DNA of 64,000 nucleotides from Halobacteriovoraceae bacterium. Its GTDB lineage: Bacteria > Bdellovibrionota > Bacteriovoracia > Bacteriovoracales > Bacteriovoracaceae. Made by a program: the position numbers and the translations under genes. The notes under the pieces are model-generated. The model did no database searches, was not told the DNA's origin, and saw only the letters and a program-made list of their open reading frames with translations. The DNA lies in the NCBI GenBank assembly GCA_963719505.1, contig CAVRCF010000001.1, positions 352,001 to 416,000 on the forward strand, written 5' to 3'. Below are positions 21,911 to 35,774 of the stretch, one piece after another; the stretch's first letter is position 1; every line of letters starts with the position of its first letter.

Positions 21911-23404
21911 TTATTTTCCTATACAAAAATTTTGGAAAATATTTTCTAAAATATCGTCTGGCGAAATTATACCAACGAGTTCGGAAATACAATGGCCTAC
22001 TATATTAAATTCAGAGGAGATGATCGAAATATCTGTAGATTTATTCAAGGTTTTTTCATACTCTGAGAGTAAATTATAAACATTATTTATTTGATCTACA
22101 TGCCTTTCTAGTAATATCGGCTCTTTATTGGAAATTTCTGTATATTTTAAATAAATTCTATCGAGAATAAATAAATTAAGTTTACTATTGGTATTTTTCA
22201 AGTTTGCCCCGATAGGACCACAGGTGATAACTGGTTCTATAGGACCAACATCACCCTTAGCAATACTAGTTTTTGGCTCTATAGGACCATTTAAGAAAAT
22301 TGGTTCTATAGGACCATTTAAGAAAATTGGTTCTATAGGACCAAGAATCTTCAATTCTTTAAAAATTTTAGATGAGTTTTCAATGAACCCTTCTTGATCT
22401 GCATTGGTGAACAAAATAAGATCAAAAAAGTTGTCTTTAAAAACCTCTGTTAGGTCGGAGGAACTCTCGAATGGATTAATGACCAATATTTTGAAAAATG
22501 CATTCTTGGCAATTTTCCAAGTCTTTTCAATTCCAGCTGTTTCAATCACGTCCGACGTCTCTCTCACACCGGCTGTATCGATAAGTTTAAATCGAGAGCT
22601 TTTAAAAAATATTTCTTCACTGATATAGTCTCTAGTTGTGCCAGCGATATTTGAAACTATGGCACGATGATTTTTTAAAAGAGAATTAAAGAGTGAACTC
22701 TTTCCTGCATTAGGCTCACCTATCAAAACAATCTCTGGCTCTATTAAATTACCCTTACCTGATATGATTCTATCTTTTAAAACTGAGATACTATCTTTCA
22801 ATTTATCTAGGGTGACTTGAATTTGCCTATTTCCCTCCTCTTCACCTACATCATCCATAAAATCAATAGACAACTCAATAGCTGAACGGTGCATCTTATA
22901 AGAAGAAAGCAACTCCAAATATGCCTCTTGCAAAGACCCATTTAAAAGAGACATTCCCTGCTTAAGACTGAGGGGATTATTCGCGTTTAGAAAAAGATCG
23001 AGCCCTTCGACTTGGCTTAGTGATAATTTTTTATTTCTATAGGCCCTATATGAGAACTCACCTGGGTAGGCTCGTCTAATATTAAGTTTTTTACAAAGAA
23101 GACTAATAATATTTTGAACATTTATAGCATTCCCATGAACTGAGAGCTCAAGAATATTTTCACCATTAAAGGATTTGGGCCCCTTAAAAAATGTAAGGAC
23201 AATTTCATCGATAACATCTTTACCATCCAAAATTTTACAATAATGGGCAAAGCGATTTTTAATTAAACTTGGACTGATTGAAAATACATCTTCAAATAAC
23301 TCTAGAGAAGAAAAACCTGAAATTCTAATAATTGCAATTGCTGTATTGATGTCGCCACCGGAGCTACATGCAATAATACAATCATTAGAATCGAAAAAAT
23401 CCAT
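21911..23404 (-). CDS. mnmE: tRNA modification GTPase MnmE, with GPIEP repeat insertion
   Basis: SFNGENILE, GEPNAGKSS, AGTTRD, DTAG, C-terminal FCIGK. Confidence 0.96.
   Translation of the reverse strand: MDFFDSNDCIIACSSGGDINTAIAIIRISGFSSLELFEDVFSISPSLIKNRFAHYCKILDGKDVIDEIVLTFFKGPKSFNGENILELSVHGNAINVQNIISLLCKKLNIRRAYPGEFSYRAYRNKKLSLSQVEGLDLFLNANNPLSLKQGMSLLNGSLQEAYLELLSSYKMHRSAIELSIDFMDDVGEEEGNRQIQVTLDKLKDSISVLKDRIISGKGNLIEPEIVLIGEPNAGKSSLFNSLLKNHRAIVSNIAGTTRDYISEEIFFKSSRFKLIDTAGVRETSDVIETAGIEKTWKIAKNAFFKILVINPFESSSDLTEVFKDNFFDLILFTNADQEGFIENSSKIFKELKILGPIEPIFLNGPIEPIFLNGPIEPKTSIAKGDVGPIEPVITCGPIGANLKNTNSKLNLFILDRIYLKYTEISNKEPILLERHVDQINNVYNLLSEYEKTLNKSTDISIISSEFNIVGHCISELVGIISPDDILENIFQNFCIGK
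22206..22342. repeat. Array of five 14-bp palindromes inside mnmE (22206, 22233, 22275, 22302, 22329)
   Basis: GCCCCGATAGGACC, GGTTCTATAGGACC x3, GGCTCTATAGGACC; spacings 27/42/27/27 nt; encodes GPIEP x4 and GPIGA. Confidence 0.92.
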
Positions 23405-23412
23405 ACAAACTT

Positions 23413-24861
23413 CTAGTTTCTTCTATAGACAAACAACTGTTGTAACATGGCCACGAAAGTTGAGATGACAATATAAAGTGTCAGACCTGCAGGAAAATCT
23501 TTCATAAATACCGCAAAAATGAGGGGCATAAACATCATGATTTTTTTCTGAGTTGGATCCATAGTTGTTGAAGGAGTAAGTCGTTGATGAAAAAACATTG
23601 TAATACCCATTAAAACAGGAAGAACATAGTAGGGATCTTTCGATGATAAATCTGTGATCCACAACATAAAAGGAGCATCTACGAGCTCTACAGCTGAATA
23701 AAGAACTCTATAAAAAGCGAAAAATATTGGCATTTGTAAGATCATGGGAAGACAACCGCCAAGAGGATTTGTACCTGCTTTTTTAAACAAAGCCATAGTC
23801 TCTTTTTGCATTCTTTGAGGATCTTCTTTATATTTTTCTTTGATCTTTGTAAGCTCAGGTTGAATCTCCTGCATCTTCTTCATACTTTTGAAAGACTTAT
23901 ACTGGAGTGGGAAAGTTAACATTCTCATGAGGATCGTTAATAAAATTATCGAGACACCCCAATTTGGAATCAATGAAAAGAAAAACTGTAATCCTCTTAA
24001 AATAGGTACTGCTAAAATTGACCAAAAACTAAAATCTACTGCAGCTTCTAAATTATTGCCAAGATCAAGCAGGTGATCGTATTCCTTTTTTGCGAATATA
24101 TAACTAAAACTTAGTTTTTTAACTTGTTTCAAATCTTGAACCGTTAAAACACCAGCCTCTGTCATTTCATAAACAAGAGGCCTTTTATCAATTTTGTACA
24201 TAAAGATGTGATAGTAAAAATCAAGACCAAACCACTTAAGCTCTACATCACCTTTGTCGTCGTCACCGACATTAGAAGCATCAAGACTATCAGAATACAT
24301 AACAAATTGTTTATATTTGCCACCTTCTAACTCTTCCTCTTTCTCATTTATAGTAAAACGATATTTAAAATCTCTAGATGAAAGAACATCAACCTTAAGA
24401 AAACCTTTGTCATCAAGGCTCAACGTACCGTTTAAATCGTAAGTTGAATTGGAAAGCCTGAATTCTCTATCTGAAATTTTTGAAACAGAAAAATTAACGG
24501 ACTTGAACTTCCCGTCAAAATTAAAAAGAACCTTGTTGTTATCCTCAATTGGAAATAAATCTTTAAAAGTTTTTCCAGTTTGATTAGAAAGAATATCTTT
24601 TATGATTAAATCAGAAGAGATGAAATATGTAAGCTCTTCGCCTTTAACTTCGATGACTGTATTAGCAGTCTTTTTTGAAACTTCACTTTTGACAGTATCT
24701 ATCTTTTTATCGTCAACAACAGGTGGATTTTTATCAATCTCCACTTTCTTAACATTATTATCGACAGTTGCTACTGGTGGCGCAAAGTAATATTGCCAAC
24801 CAAATAGAATTAAACCAGATATAATTACCGCAACTATAGCGCGTCTTTGTTCACCACTCAT
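23413..24861 (-). CDS. yidC: Membrane protein insertase YidC
   Basis: NWGVSIILLT, NPLGGCLPMILQMPIF, WITDLSSKDPYYVLP. Confidence 0.96.
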   Translation of the reverse strand: MSGEQRRAIVAVIISGLILFGWQYYFAPPVATVDNNVKKVEIDKNPPVVDDKKIDTVKSEVSKKTANTVIEVKGEELTYFISSDLIIKDILSNQTGKTFKDLFPIEDNNKVLFNFDGKFKSVNFSVSKISDREFRLSNSTYDLNGTLSLDDKGFLKVDVLSSRDFKYRFTINEKEEELEGGKYKQFVMYSDSLDASNVGDDDKGDVELKWFGLDFYYHIFMYKIDKRPLVYEMTEAGVLTVQDLKQVKKLSFSYIFAKKEYDHLLDLGNNLEAAVDFSFWSILAVPILRGLQFFFSLIPNWGVSIILLTILMRMLTFPLQYKSFKSMKKMQEIQPELTKIKEKYKEDPQRMQKETMALFKKAGTNPLGGCLPMILQMPIFFAFYRVLYSAVELVDAPFMLWITDLSSKDPYYVLPVLMGITMFFHQRLTPSTTMDPTQKKIMMFMPLIFAVFMKDFPAGLTLYIVISTFVAMLQQLFVYRRN

Positions 24862-24928
24862 TAAATCTCCGAGAATAGAATTTTTGAGGTTCTATCATAT
24901 TAAAAACAAAGATAAAATAACCAATTAA

Positions 24929-25291
24929 TTAAACAATTTTTTTAAATACTCTTGTGAGGTCATCTCGAATAGAAGATATCTGAGATTCGCTCAATGAATC
25001 TTTTTGCTTAGTAAACCTATTGTTTGTCACAACAAGAATATCGTACCCTGAATGTTTGTGAGATGAATGTCTAAAAAATTCTTTGACGACTCTTTTAAAC
25101 TTATTTCTTTTGACTGCATTACCAAATTTTTTAGATGCGCTGATACCGAGGCGGGAGACTGATAACGTGTTTTTCTTATAATAGATCAGAGCTGAATCTG
25201 AACGCAAAAAAAGACTACCCTCTCGTAGTGAGAGGAAGTCTTCCTTTGATAATAATCTAAATATTTTTGAATAATCTAAAATACTTTTCAG
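24929..25291 (-). CDS. rnpA: Ribonuclease P protein component (probable non-canonical CTG start at 25291)
   Basis: RLGISASKKFGNAVKRNKFKR motif; frame stays open upstream through YSKIFRLLSKEDF. Confidence 0.9.
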   Translation of the reverse strand: MKSILDYSKIFRLLSKEDFLSLREGSLFLRSDSALIYYKKNTLSVSRLGISASKKFGNAVKRNKFKRVVKEFFRHSSHKHSGYDILVVTNNRFTKQKDSLSESQISSIRDDLTRVFKKIV

Positions 25292-25296
25292 TGATA

Positions 25297-25449
25297 TTAT
25301 TTTGTACCAGTTGAAACTGTAAGGCTTTTTCTACCTTTTTTTCTTCTAGCGGTAATAACATTTTTCCCACCTGGAGAAGACATTCTTTTTAGAAAACCAT
25401 GTTTTCTTAGTCTTTTTAACTTCTTTGGTTGCCAAGTTCTTTTACTCAT
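25297..25449 (-). CDS. rpmH: 50S ribosomal protein L34 (not in ORF track)
   Basis: Manual translation: [50 protein letters not shown]. Confidence 0.96.
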   Translation of the reverse strand: MSKRTWQPKKLKRLRKHGFLKRMSSPGGKNVITARRKKGRKSLTVSTGTK

Positions 25450-25641
25450 AACTAATCCTAAAACAAAATATGTTTATATTAAAATCTTTTTTGGAGCCTA
25501 TAATTACAAGAAGAATGAGAATGGGTCAACAAATTAAATACTAATAATAGTATGGTAAAAAATTGTAAATTTAATATTCAATGTTGAAAAGTATACGGCC
25601 ACGTGTTAAAAAACGTCTCAATCAAATTATACAGGGGTCAT

Positions 25642-27264
25642 ATGAGCGATAGTTTTCCGTTTGACAAGTTCATCAAGTCTAATAAAAACAATACCTTAGA
25701 GAATTCAAAACAAGACATCTCAAAATTTTTTAAAACTGAGGCAACTGCTGCAACTATTGAAAAAAATGAACAAAAACAAATAGTTAACCACGATTCAGAT
25801 GAGTTATACACAATAACTAGCGAAATACTCTCTATTGTTAAAAACAATATACCATCTGAAAAATTTAGCACCTATTTTTCAAATACATTCGTCCTGACAA
25901 GCTTCGATGAAATGGACTTCCACTTTAGTGTTACGACAAAGTTTATTAAAATGATGATTGAAAATCATTACAAAGAATATATCAACCAAGCCGTTATTGA
26001 ACTCATGGGTAAGCCCTTTAATATCAATATCAACCTGCTAGACAATATAGAAACACAATATTCACAACCATCAACAACGAGTAAAATACTTGATGCTACC
26101 ATTAATGAAACTCAAAAATTTGATCTTCAAAAAAGTATATCAGTAAAAGATATGAGTTTTAAAATTGATCCATCATTCACGGCTTCAAGAGAGGACATCG
26201 CTGGCGTTGTCAGAAGCAGTGAATTAAAACATCTCAATGGAAACGTGTTTGGTAGAATTGATAAAACAAAGACTTTTGATAATTTTGTTGTCGGTCCATC
26301 AAATAATATGGCCCACGCATTTTCTTTAGCTGTTTCAAAAGATCCAGGTTTGGCTTACCCGCAGTTATATCTTTATGGAAATTCTGGTCTTGGTAAAACT
26401 CACCTTTTGCATGCCATTTGCAATTATATTGATGAGCAGAATCCAGAAAAGAGAATATGCTTTACGTCAGCGGGTGACTTTACCAAAGAGATGGTTATGT
26501 CCATCCAAAGCAAAACGATCGGTGACTTTCAGCGCAAATATACAGACCTTGTCGATGTTCTAATCATCGATGATATTCACGAACTTAAAGATCGAGCTAG
26601 AACACAAGCAGAATTTTTTCATATCTTTAATGAGCTCCAAAATAAGAAAAAACAACTTATTTTTACCTCTGATAAAGCTCCAAAGGAGATATCTGGCTTG
26701 GAAGACAGAATCAGAACTAGACTCTCTAGCGCGCTTCTCACTGACATTCAGCAGCCAGATTTGGAAACCAGAATCGCTATTTTAAAGAATAAAGCAAACG
26801 AGAGAGACATCTATATCGGTGATGATGTCATCAATCTCATCGCAAGTTGTGTGCGAAATAATGTTCGAGAGCTTGAGGGTAAACTAATAAAATTAGGTGC
26901 TTACTCAGACCTTATGAATGTCGACATCGATTTAGAAATTGCAAAAGAGCAGCTCAACCTCTCTGAAGACAATCAAGACAAACTTCTAACTGTAGAGAGT
27001 ATCGCTAAAACTGTAGCATCCTATTATAAACTGCCCCTTGGCGATATAAGAGGGAAAAATAGAAAAGCTGAACTGGTACTGGCCCGCCATATATCGATGT
27101 ATCTTATCCATAAACTACTAAAAAAGACGTTGGAAGAAATCGGAGAATATTTTAACAAGCGGGATCATAGTACGGTTATTCATGCCATCGATAAAATGAA
27201 AAAACGAATCTCTGACGAAGCTTCTTTTTCACAACTCATCTATGAAATAGAATCGAACGTATAA
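25642..27264 (+). CDS. dnaA: Chromosomal replication initiator DnaA
   Basis: TFDNFVVGPSN, GNSGLGKTHL, LIIDDI, NVRELEG, RDHSTV; ATG 25642 preceded by AGGGG. Confidence 0.97.
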   Translation: MSDSFPFDKFIKSNKNNTLENSKQDISKFFKTEATAATIEKNEQKQIVNHDSDELYTITSEILSIVKNNIPSEKFSTYFSNTFVLTSFDEMDFHFSVTTKFIKMMIENHYKEYINQAVIELMGKPFNININLLDNIETQYSQPSTTSKILDATINETQKFDLQKSISVKDMSFKIDPSFTASREDIAGVVRSSELKHLNGNVFGRIDKTKTFDNFVVGPSNNMAHAFSLAVSKDPGLAYPQLYLYGNSGLGKTHLLHAICNYIDEQNPEKRICFTSAGDFTKEMVMSIQSKTIGDFQRKYTDLVDVLIIDDIHELKDRARTQAEFFHIFNELQNKKKQLIFTSDKAPKEISGLEDRIRTRLSSALLTDIQQPDLETRIAILKNKANERDIYIGDDVINLIASCVRNNVRELEGKLIKLGAYSDLMNVDIDLEIAKEQLNLSEDNQDKLLTVESIAKTVASYYKLPLGDIRGKNRKAELVLARHISMYLIHKLLKKTLEEIGEYFNKRDHSTVIHAIDKMKKRISDEASFSQLIYEIESNV

Positions 27265-27272
27265 TTTATTTG

Positions 27273-27302
27273 AAAAGCCTCTATATATATAGAGGTTTTT
27301 TT
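27273..27302 (+). terminator. Hairpin/terminator after dnaA
   Basis: Perfect 18-bp palindrome CCTCTATATATATAGAGG followed by a T run. Confidence 0.65.
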
Positions 27303-27758
27303 ATCTCTTTAAACGTTATCTACATAAAAGACCCATGTTAATAAGTATAAGGTGTTGTTGGCCCTAATCTTTTACACAATGTGGATAAATTGATGATAAA
27401 AATGGTAGATTTCAATATTTAATGCGTTTCAATAAAAACAAATCGGGTTTAATGTCGATAACTGGGTGGAAAAGAAAAATATAAAAATTTTCTTTGTCTA
27501 TTAACTCTATAATATCCGCATGAAATATAAATTGTTTATGAAAATTCTATTGATAACTATTCTAAACTTTTCTTATAACTCATTAAAATTAAAGGAAAAG
27601 TTGAGTTCTCCACAGCTGTACCCTTTTAATAATAATAATCTTTTTTATATATAAATATTAAACTTATAAAACATCTAAAATTTGGGTACTTGCAAATTAG
27701 AATTTTAGAAGCTAAATATTTGCCATCTTAAAAATTAATTTAACGGCTAGGTAATGCA
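27303..27758. other. oriC (dnaA-dnaN intergenic)
   Basis: DnaA boxes TTATCTACA 27316, TGTGGATAA 27380 (perfect), TGTCGATAA 27453, TTCTCCACA 27606, then short GC spacer, TAATAATAATAAT trio-like tract and AT-rich DUE; gene orientation flips around the rpmH-dnaA region. Confidence 0.85.
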
Positions 27759-28883
27759 ATGAAAATAAATATCCAATCACAGGTTCTTCGAGATGGTTTG
27801 AATAAGGTACTAACCGTGATCGACAAGAAAAACTCTAGACCGATACTTACGAATTGCTTAATTAATTCATTCTCAGATCACATTGAGCTTATCGCAACGG
27901 ATCTTGAGGTCATGGCGAAAATTAAAATACCAGCACAAGTTTCTGAAACTGGAAATTTTTGTATCAACACGAAAAACATTTTTGATATCGTCAGAGAATT
28001 ACCAGATGCAGAAATGCAAATGGATATAAACAAAGAAAGCAATTTACTTAATTTAACATGTAAAAAAATAAATTATTCACTTCTCATCACAAACTCTGAA
28101 GATTATCCACAAGTAAATTTTGACAAAATTCTGGAGAAGGCTTTAAATTAAAATCTAATGATCTTTACAAAATCATTCAATAAAACATCTCATGCAATTT
28201 CAACTGATGAAACTAGAATTAATTTAAACGGAATTTACCTTCAAGAAATTAGATTCTAAACTAAGAGCAGTAGCGATCGATGGACATAGATTAGCACTTC
28301 TTGATATTCATAATTTTGATTCAGACAATCAAAGTTTAGTGGATGGTGTTATTATTCCTAAAAAAGGAATCATTGAACTTAAAAAAATAGCTGATAAATA
28401 ATTTAGATAGTGATCTTGTTATATCTCTTGATGACTCATTTATTACATCAATTGCGAATGACAATTATTTCTTATCAATTCGATTAATTGCTAGAGAGTA
28501 TCCAAAGTACCAAACAGTTATACCTTCTAAAACAGTTCAATACAATGACCGTTGAGAGAAGTGCACTTTTTAATGCTGTAAAAAGAATCAGAATCTTATC
28601 TAATGAAAAAACAAATGGAATAAAAGTCTATTCTTACAAAGAATCAACTTAACAATATCAGCCAATCATCCTTCATTAGGTCATGCTACAGAAGTTATTC
28701 CAGTCAATTATGATGGTGATGAAATGGAAATTGGATTTAATGCAAAATATATGCTGGATTCTTTCAAGTCCTCGATGTTAATGAAATTATATTTGAATTT
28801 AATAATGAGTTAAGTCCTGTGATCATAAGCTCTAATGAGGAACCTGAAATTTTCTTGGAATCATAATGCCTCTTAAATTATAA
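27759..28883 (+). CDS. dnaN: DNA polymerase III beta clamp (multiple indels, probably artefactual)
   Basis: RPILTN, ATDLE, ISTDETRINLNG, AIDGHRL, IGFNAKY, IIMPLKL across frames. Confidence 0.93.
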
Positions 28884-29983
28884 TGGCACGTAAAGTTACA
28901 TAAACTTCAGGTAACAAATTTTAGAAATCTATCAAATGACATTTTTGAATTTTCCGAAAATATAAATTGTATTTTCGGTGATAATGGAAACGGAAAAACT
29001 AATATCCTTGAAGCGATATAACTATCTTATAAACAGAAAGTCATTTCGTAAAAAATACAGCTTTTCCACAAATAATCAGTATCGAGTGTGAAAAACCTGA
29101 AATATTATTTTCTTCAATTTTAAAAGAAGAAGGAAATCTACTATCCATACACTGGCAAAGTGGTCTTTAAAATCTAGTGAGTGGTATATTGATAATGTTC
29201 CAACAAAAAAGAAGCCCAACCTTCATACAGTTTTTATTAATCCTTTTGACTCATATTCTTTTCATTCAATACCAGCGTTTAGAAGAGATTGGTTTGATGG
29301 TCATTTTTCAAAATTGAGTAAAGACTATAAAAAAACCTTAAAACAATTTAGTGATTCATTGAAATTTCGAAATAATCTCCTCTCAAAGAGACCACCGCAA
29401 TACAGAGAACAAATAAAAGCGATAAATCCCTCACTTGCAGAAAATACATTTAAACTTTTAAAACTCAGAGATGAATACGTTGCAGGAATAGAAAGTTATT
29501 GCACAAAAATATTTAAAGACATTTTTCACGAAGAGCATGAATTAGAAATAAAAATGGAATCAAAATTCCATGGAAAGTCGATTAAAGAAATTCACACTTT
29601 TTACGATGAATCAATTCAAAAAGACGAAATTATGTTCAAAACGCACTACGGAATTCACCGAGATGACTATGTGCTTCAATTTTGATGGATTTAATTCCTA
29701 TGAATATTGCTCTTTAGGACAACAAAAAATGAGCTTTCTGAGCCTTATATTTGCCTATATAGAGCTTTTTCGGTATAAATTTACCTCTTACCCTATTGTA
29801 CTAATTGACGATGTATCTGGGGAACTAGATAGTCGTCGTTGGAAAAACTTAATTTATTATCTTAGAGATAAAAAATTTCAAGTTATGATCACGACCGCGA
29901 ATGAAAATTTTAAGAAAGAACTTGAGAAAATAGAGGAATCAAGAAAGTTTTTTATATCCAACGGACATGTAGAGCAAAATTGA
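28883..29983 (+). CDS. recF: DNA replication/repair protein RecF (frameshifted in this assembly)
   Basis: NFRNL, GDNGNGKTNILEAI, GIHRDD, SLGQQK, LIDDVSGELD. Confidence 0.9.
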
Positions 29984-30012
29984 TTCCATAGAGTGAAAGG
30001 GAGATTCATCAT

Positions 30013-32486
<2,474 letters not shown>

Positions 32487-32505
32487 TTATTAAGGAAGAA
32501 AAAAA

Positions 32506-35002
32506 ATGAGTGACGAAAATAACAACACACCGCACATAACCACGGACATATAGCTCCACTTATTAATTCAAGATGAGATGAAAGAGTGTTATCTCGATTA
32601 CGCCATGAGCGTTATTGTAGGCCGAGCACTTCCGGATGTCCGCGATGGACTAAAGCCAGTTCACAGACGAGTTCTCTATGCTATGCATATGCTTAACTAA
32701 TTATCACAACAAACCCTTTCTAAAGTCAGCAAGAGTTGTTGGTGATATCATTGGTAAGTATCACCCCCACGGTGATTCATCTGTTTATCAAGCAATTGTT
32801 AGACTAGCGCAAGAATTCTCTATGAGATATCCAGTTGTTGATGGACAAGGAAACTTTGGATCTATTGATGGTGATAACGCAGCAGCAATGAGATACACCG
32901 AAATAAGAATGAAAAAACTTGCTGAAGAGATGATCAAAGATATCGATAAAGAAACTGTCGACTGGCAACCAAACTACGACGATTCTTTAACGGAGCCTAG
33001 AGTTCTTCCAACTAAAGTTCCAACACTTTTAATTAATGGTTCAGCTGGTATCGCAGTTGGTATGGCCACAAATATTCCTCCTCACAATCTTACAGAAATC
33101 ATGAGTGGTTTGAAATCTGTTACTAGACAGATACAGACATTACGATCGATGAGTTAATGGAAATTATTCCAGGACCTGATTTTCCTACTGCTGGTGACAA
33201 TCCAAGGAACTGCTGGAATTAAATCAGCTTACCATACTGGTAAAGGAATTATTCAAGTTCGAGCAAAAGCTGACATTGAAGTTCATGGAAAACAAGAGCG
33301 TGAGCGAATTATTGTTAACCGAAATTCCTTACCAAGTAAATAAAGCAAAACTTATTGAAAAAATAGCTAAGCTTGCTTGTGATAAAGTTCGTGACGGGAA
33401 TCTCTGATATTAGAGATGAATCTAATCAAACTTGGTATCAGAGTTGTTATCGATATTAAAAGAGGTGAACCAGCAAATATCATCTTGAATAAATTATTTA
33501 AAATGACTCAAATGCAAATCTCATTTGGAATTATTTTCCTATCTATAAGAAATGGTCAACCAAAAGTCATGAATCTTAAAGAACAACTTCAATGTTTTAT
33601 TGATCACAGACGAGAAGTTGTTATTCGTAGAACAATGTATGAGCTTAAAAAAGCAAAAGCTCGAGCTCATATTTTAGAAGGTCTAAAGATTGCAGTTGAA
33701 AATATTGATGAAATTGTTGAAATCGATAAAAGCATCTGAAGGACCTGCTCAAGCAAAAGCTTCATTAAAATCAAAATTATGAATTATCTGATATTCAAGC
33801 GCAAGCCATTCTTAGATATGCGACTACAAAGACTTACCGGTCTTGAAAGAGATAAAATTATTGCTGATTATGAAGCAGTCATGAAAGAGATAACTCGATT
33901 AGAAGAAATTCTAGCTAGTGAAGATCTTATTAGAGGAATTATCGAGAATGAGTTTGCTGAAATTCTTGAATCTTATGGTGATGAAAGAAGAACAGAAATT
34001 GTTGAGCTGCAGCGGATGAAATGCAAATTGAAGACTTTATTAAAAATGAAGAAGTCATCGTTACAATAACTCATAAAGGCTATTTAAAACGAATGCCACT
34101 TGATACATACAAGGCTCAAAAACGAGGTGGTAAAGGTGTTAAAGGATCATCTAACGAGGGTGATGAAGATTTCTTTACATAATATTTTTACAGCAGAGAC
34201 ACATGATCAATTAATGTTCTTTACGAACCAAGGATATGGTTTACACCCTTAAAGTTTACCAAGTTCCTGAAGGTACAAGAACAGCCAAGGGAAGAAATAT
34301 TGTTAACCTTCTTCCACTAAAACCAGGTGAAAAAGTTACAGAAATGATTGCTGTGCCTAAAAACTTTGACGATCATTATTTGTTATTGTCAACGAAGAAA
34401 GGATTGGTTAAGAAATCTAAACTTTGATGAATATAAAAACGTTAAACAACTCTGGAATTCGAGCGATTAAAGTAAACGACGGTGATGAAGTTTTAAGCGT
34501 AAGAGTCACAGATGGTAAAAAAGATATTCTTACTCTGTGCTGACTCAGCGGTAAAATAATTAGATTCTGCTGAAGCTGATTGTCGTCCACTTGGACGAGT
34601 TTCTCAAGGTGTAAAAGGTATCTCCATTGACGATAATGAAGAAGTAATTGGAATGGCCATTATTGATGATGGTGTTGAGATCCTAAGTATCACTTCAAAA
34701 GGATATGGTAAGAGATCAAGTGCAACAGAATACAGAAAGCAATCCGAGGTGGTAAAGGTATTATCGCGATGAAGCTTACTGAAAAGACTGGAGAATTAGC
34801 TCAAATTAAACCAGTTTCAGACAAAGATGATCTTATGATCATTACAAATAATGGTCAGGTTATTAGAACTAAAATCGCAGGAATTTCACTTCTGGGTAGA
34901 AATACTCAAGGTGTAAGATTAATTAGACTTAAAGATGGTGAAGAAGTTGTTGCCATCGAAAAGATTATTGATCCTGATGAAACTGACGAGAATGAAGAAT
35001 AG
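32506..35002 (+). CDS. gyrA: DNA gyrase subunit A (multiple indels, probably artefactual)
   Basis: [30 protein letters not shown], GyrA-box QKRGGKG near 34117, GRNTQGV. Confidence 0.95.
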
Positions 35003-35774
35003 TTACCTCTTTTTTATACTTTTTATAATAGCTGGATGTGGATTCACGTCCGGCTCTTATAAAGAAATTCTACAAGCCCAAGAACATATTAGTGATAGAG
35101 AGTATGACAAAGCAGTTAGGCTCTATAAAAGTATTCTCCTAAGAAGACCATCAAAGAATATTGATATCAAAATAAGCTATCAGTTAGCAGAAATTGATTA
35201 TCTTTACCTAAATAAGTACAGGGAAGCCGTATCCTATTACGAAAGAGTCTCCACCATAACTGACGATCCCCTTTGGCAAACTAAAGCACTAGAGAAAATT
35301 GGCTTAATAACTTTTGAAAATCTAAAGGACTACAAAGTCTCTCGAGAAGCCTATAAAAAATTGAAGAACTTCATGCCACGCCTAGAGAACCAAGACTTCT
35401 ACAATCTAAGATTTGCTTTGACATATTTTCATGAACAAAACTACTCCATGGCTTCGGAATACTTGAAAGAGATTGTTGTCGAAGAAAAATCGAAATATAT
35501 TACAGATGCTTATTACCACATTGGGCTTATTAACTTTTATCGCCGTAAATGGGAGACAGCTGTTTCTTATTGGTTTGAATATTTGAAACGAGAAAAAAGA
35601 AAAGATAAAATTGTTCAAATTAAATTTCTCATCGCCAATGCCTATGAAAGTGGTGAAAAGCTTAAAGAAGCCTATAATGTTTATTATAGTATTATTGGAA
35701 GTTATCCCAATCCCGATGTTATAAAAGCAAGATTAAATTCCCTATATCAAAGAAGAGTGGCGAGAAAGCGATGA
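34992..35774 (+). CDS. TPR-repeat lipoprotein
   Basis: ATG 34992, lipobox IAGC, several TPR-like helical repeats. Confidence 0.75.
   Translation: MKNSYLFFILFIIAGCGFTSGSYKEILQAQEHISDREYDKAVRLYKSILLRRPSKNIDIKISYQLAEIDYLYLNKYREAVSYYERVSTITDDPLWQTKALEKIGLITFENLKDYKVSREAYKKLKNFMPRLENQDFYNLRFALTYFHEQNYSMASEYLKEIVVEEKSKYITDAYYHIGLINFYRRKWETAVSYWFEYLKREKRKDKIVQIKFLIANAYESGEKLKEAYNVYYSIIGSYPNPDVIKARLNSLYQRRVARKR

Noticed and set aside
22206-22342. mnmE repeats as a mini-CRISPR array
   Set aside because: Repeats are only 14 bp, spacers are 13-28 nt with two identical, the array is in frame within a conserved gene, and no cas genes are present
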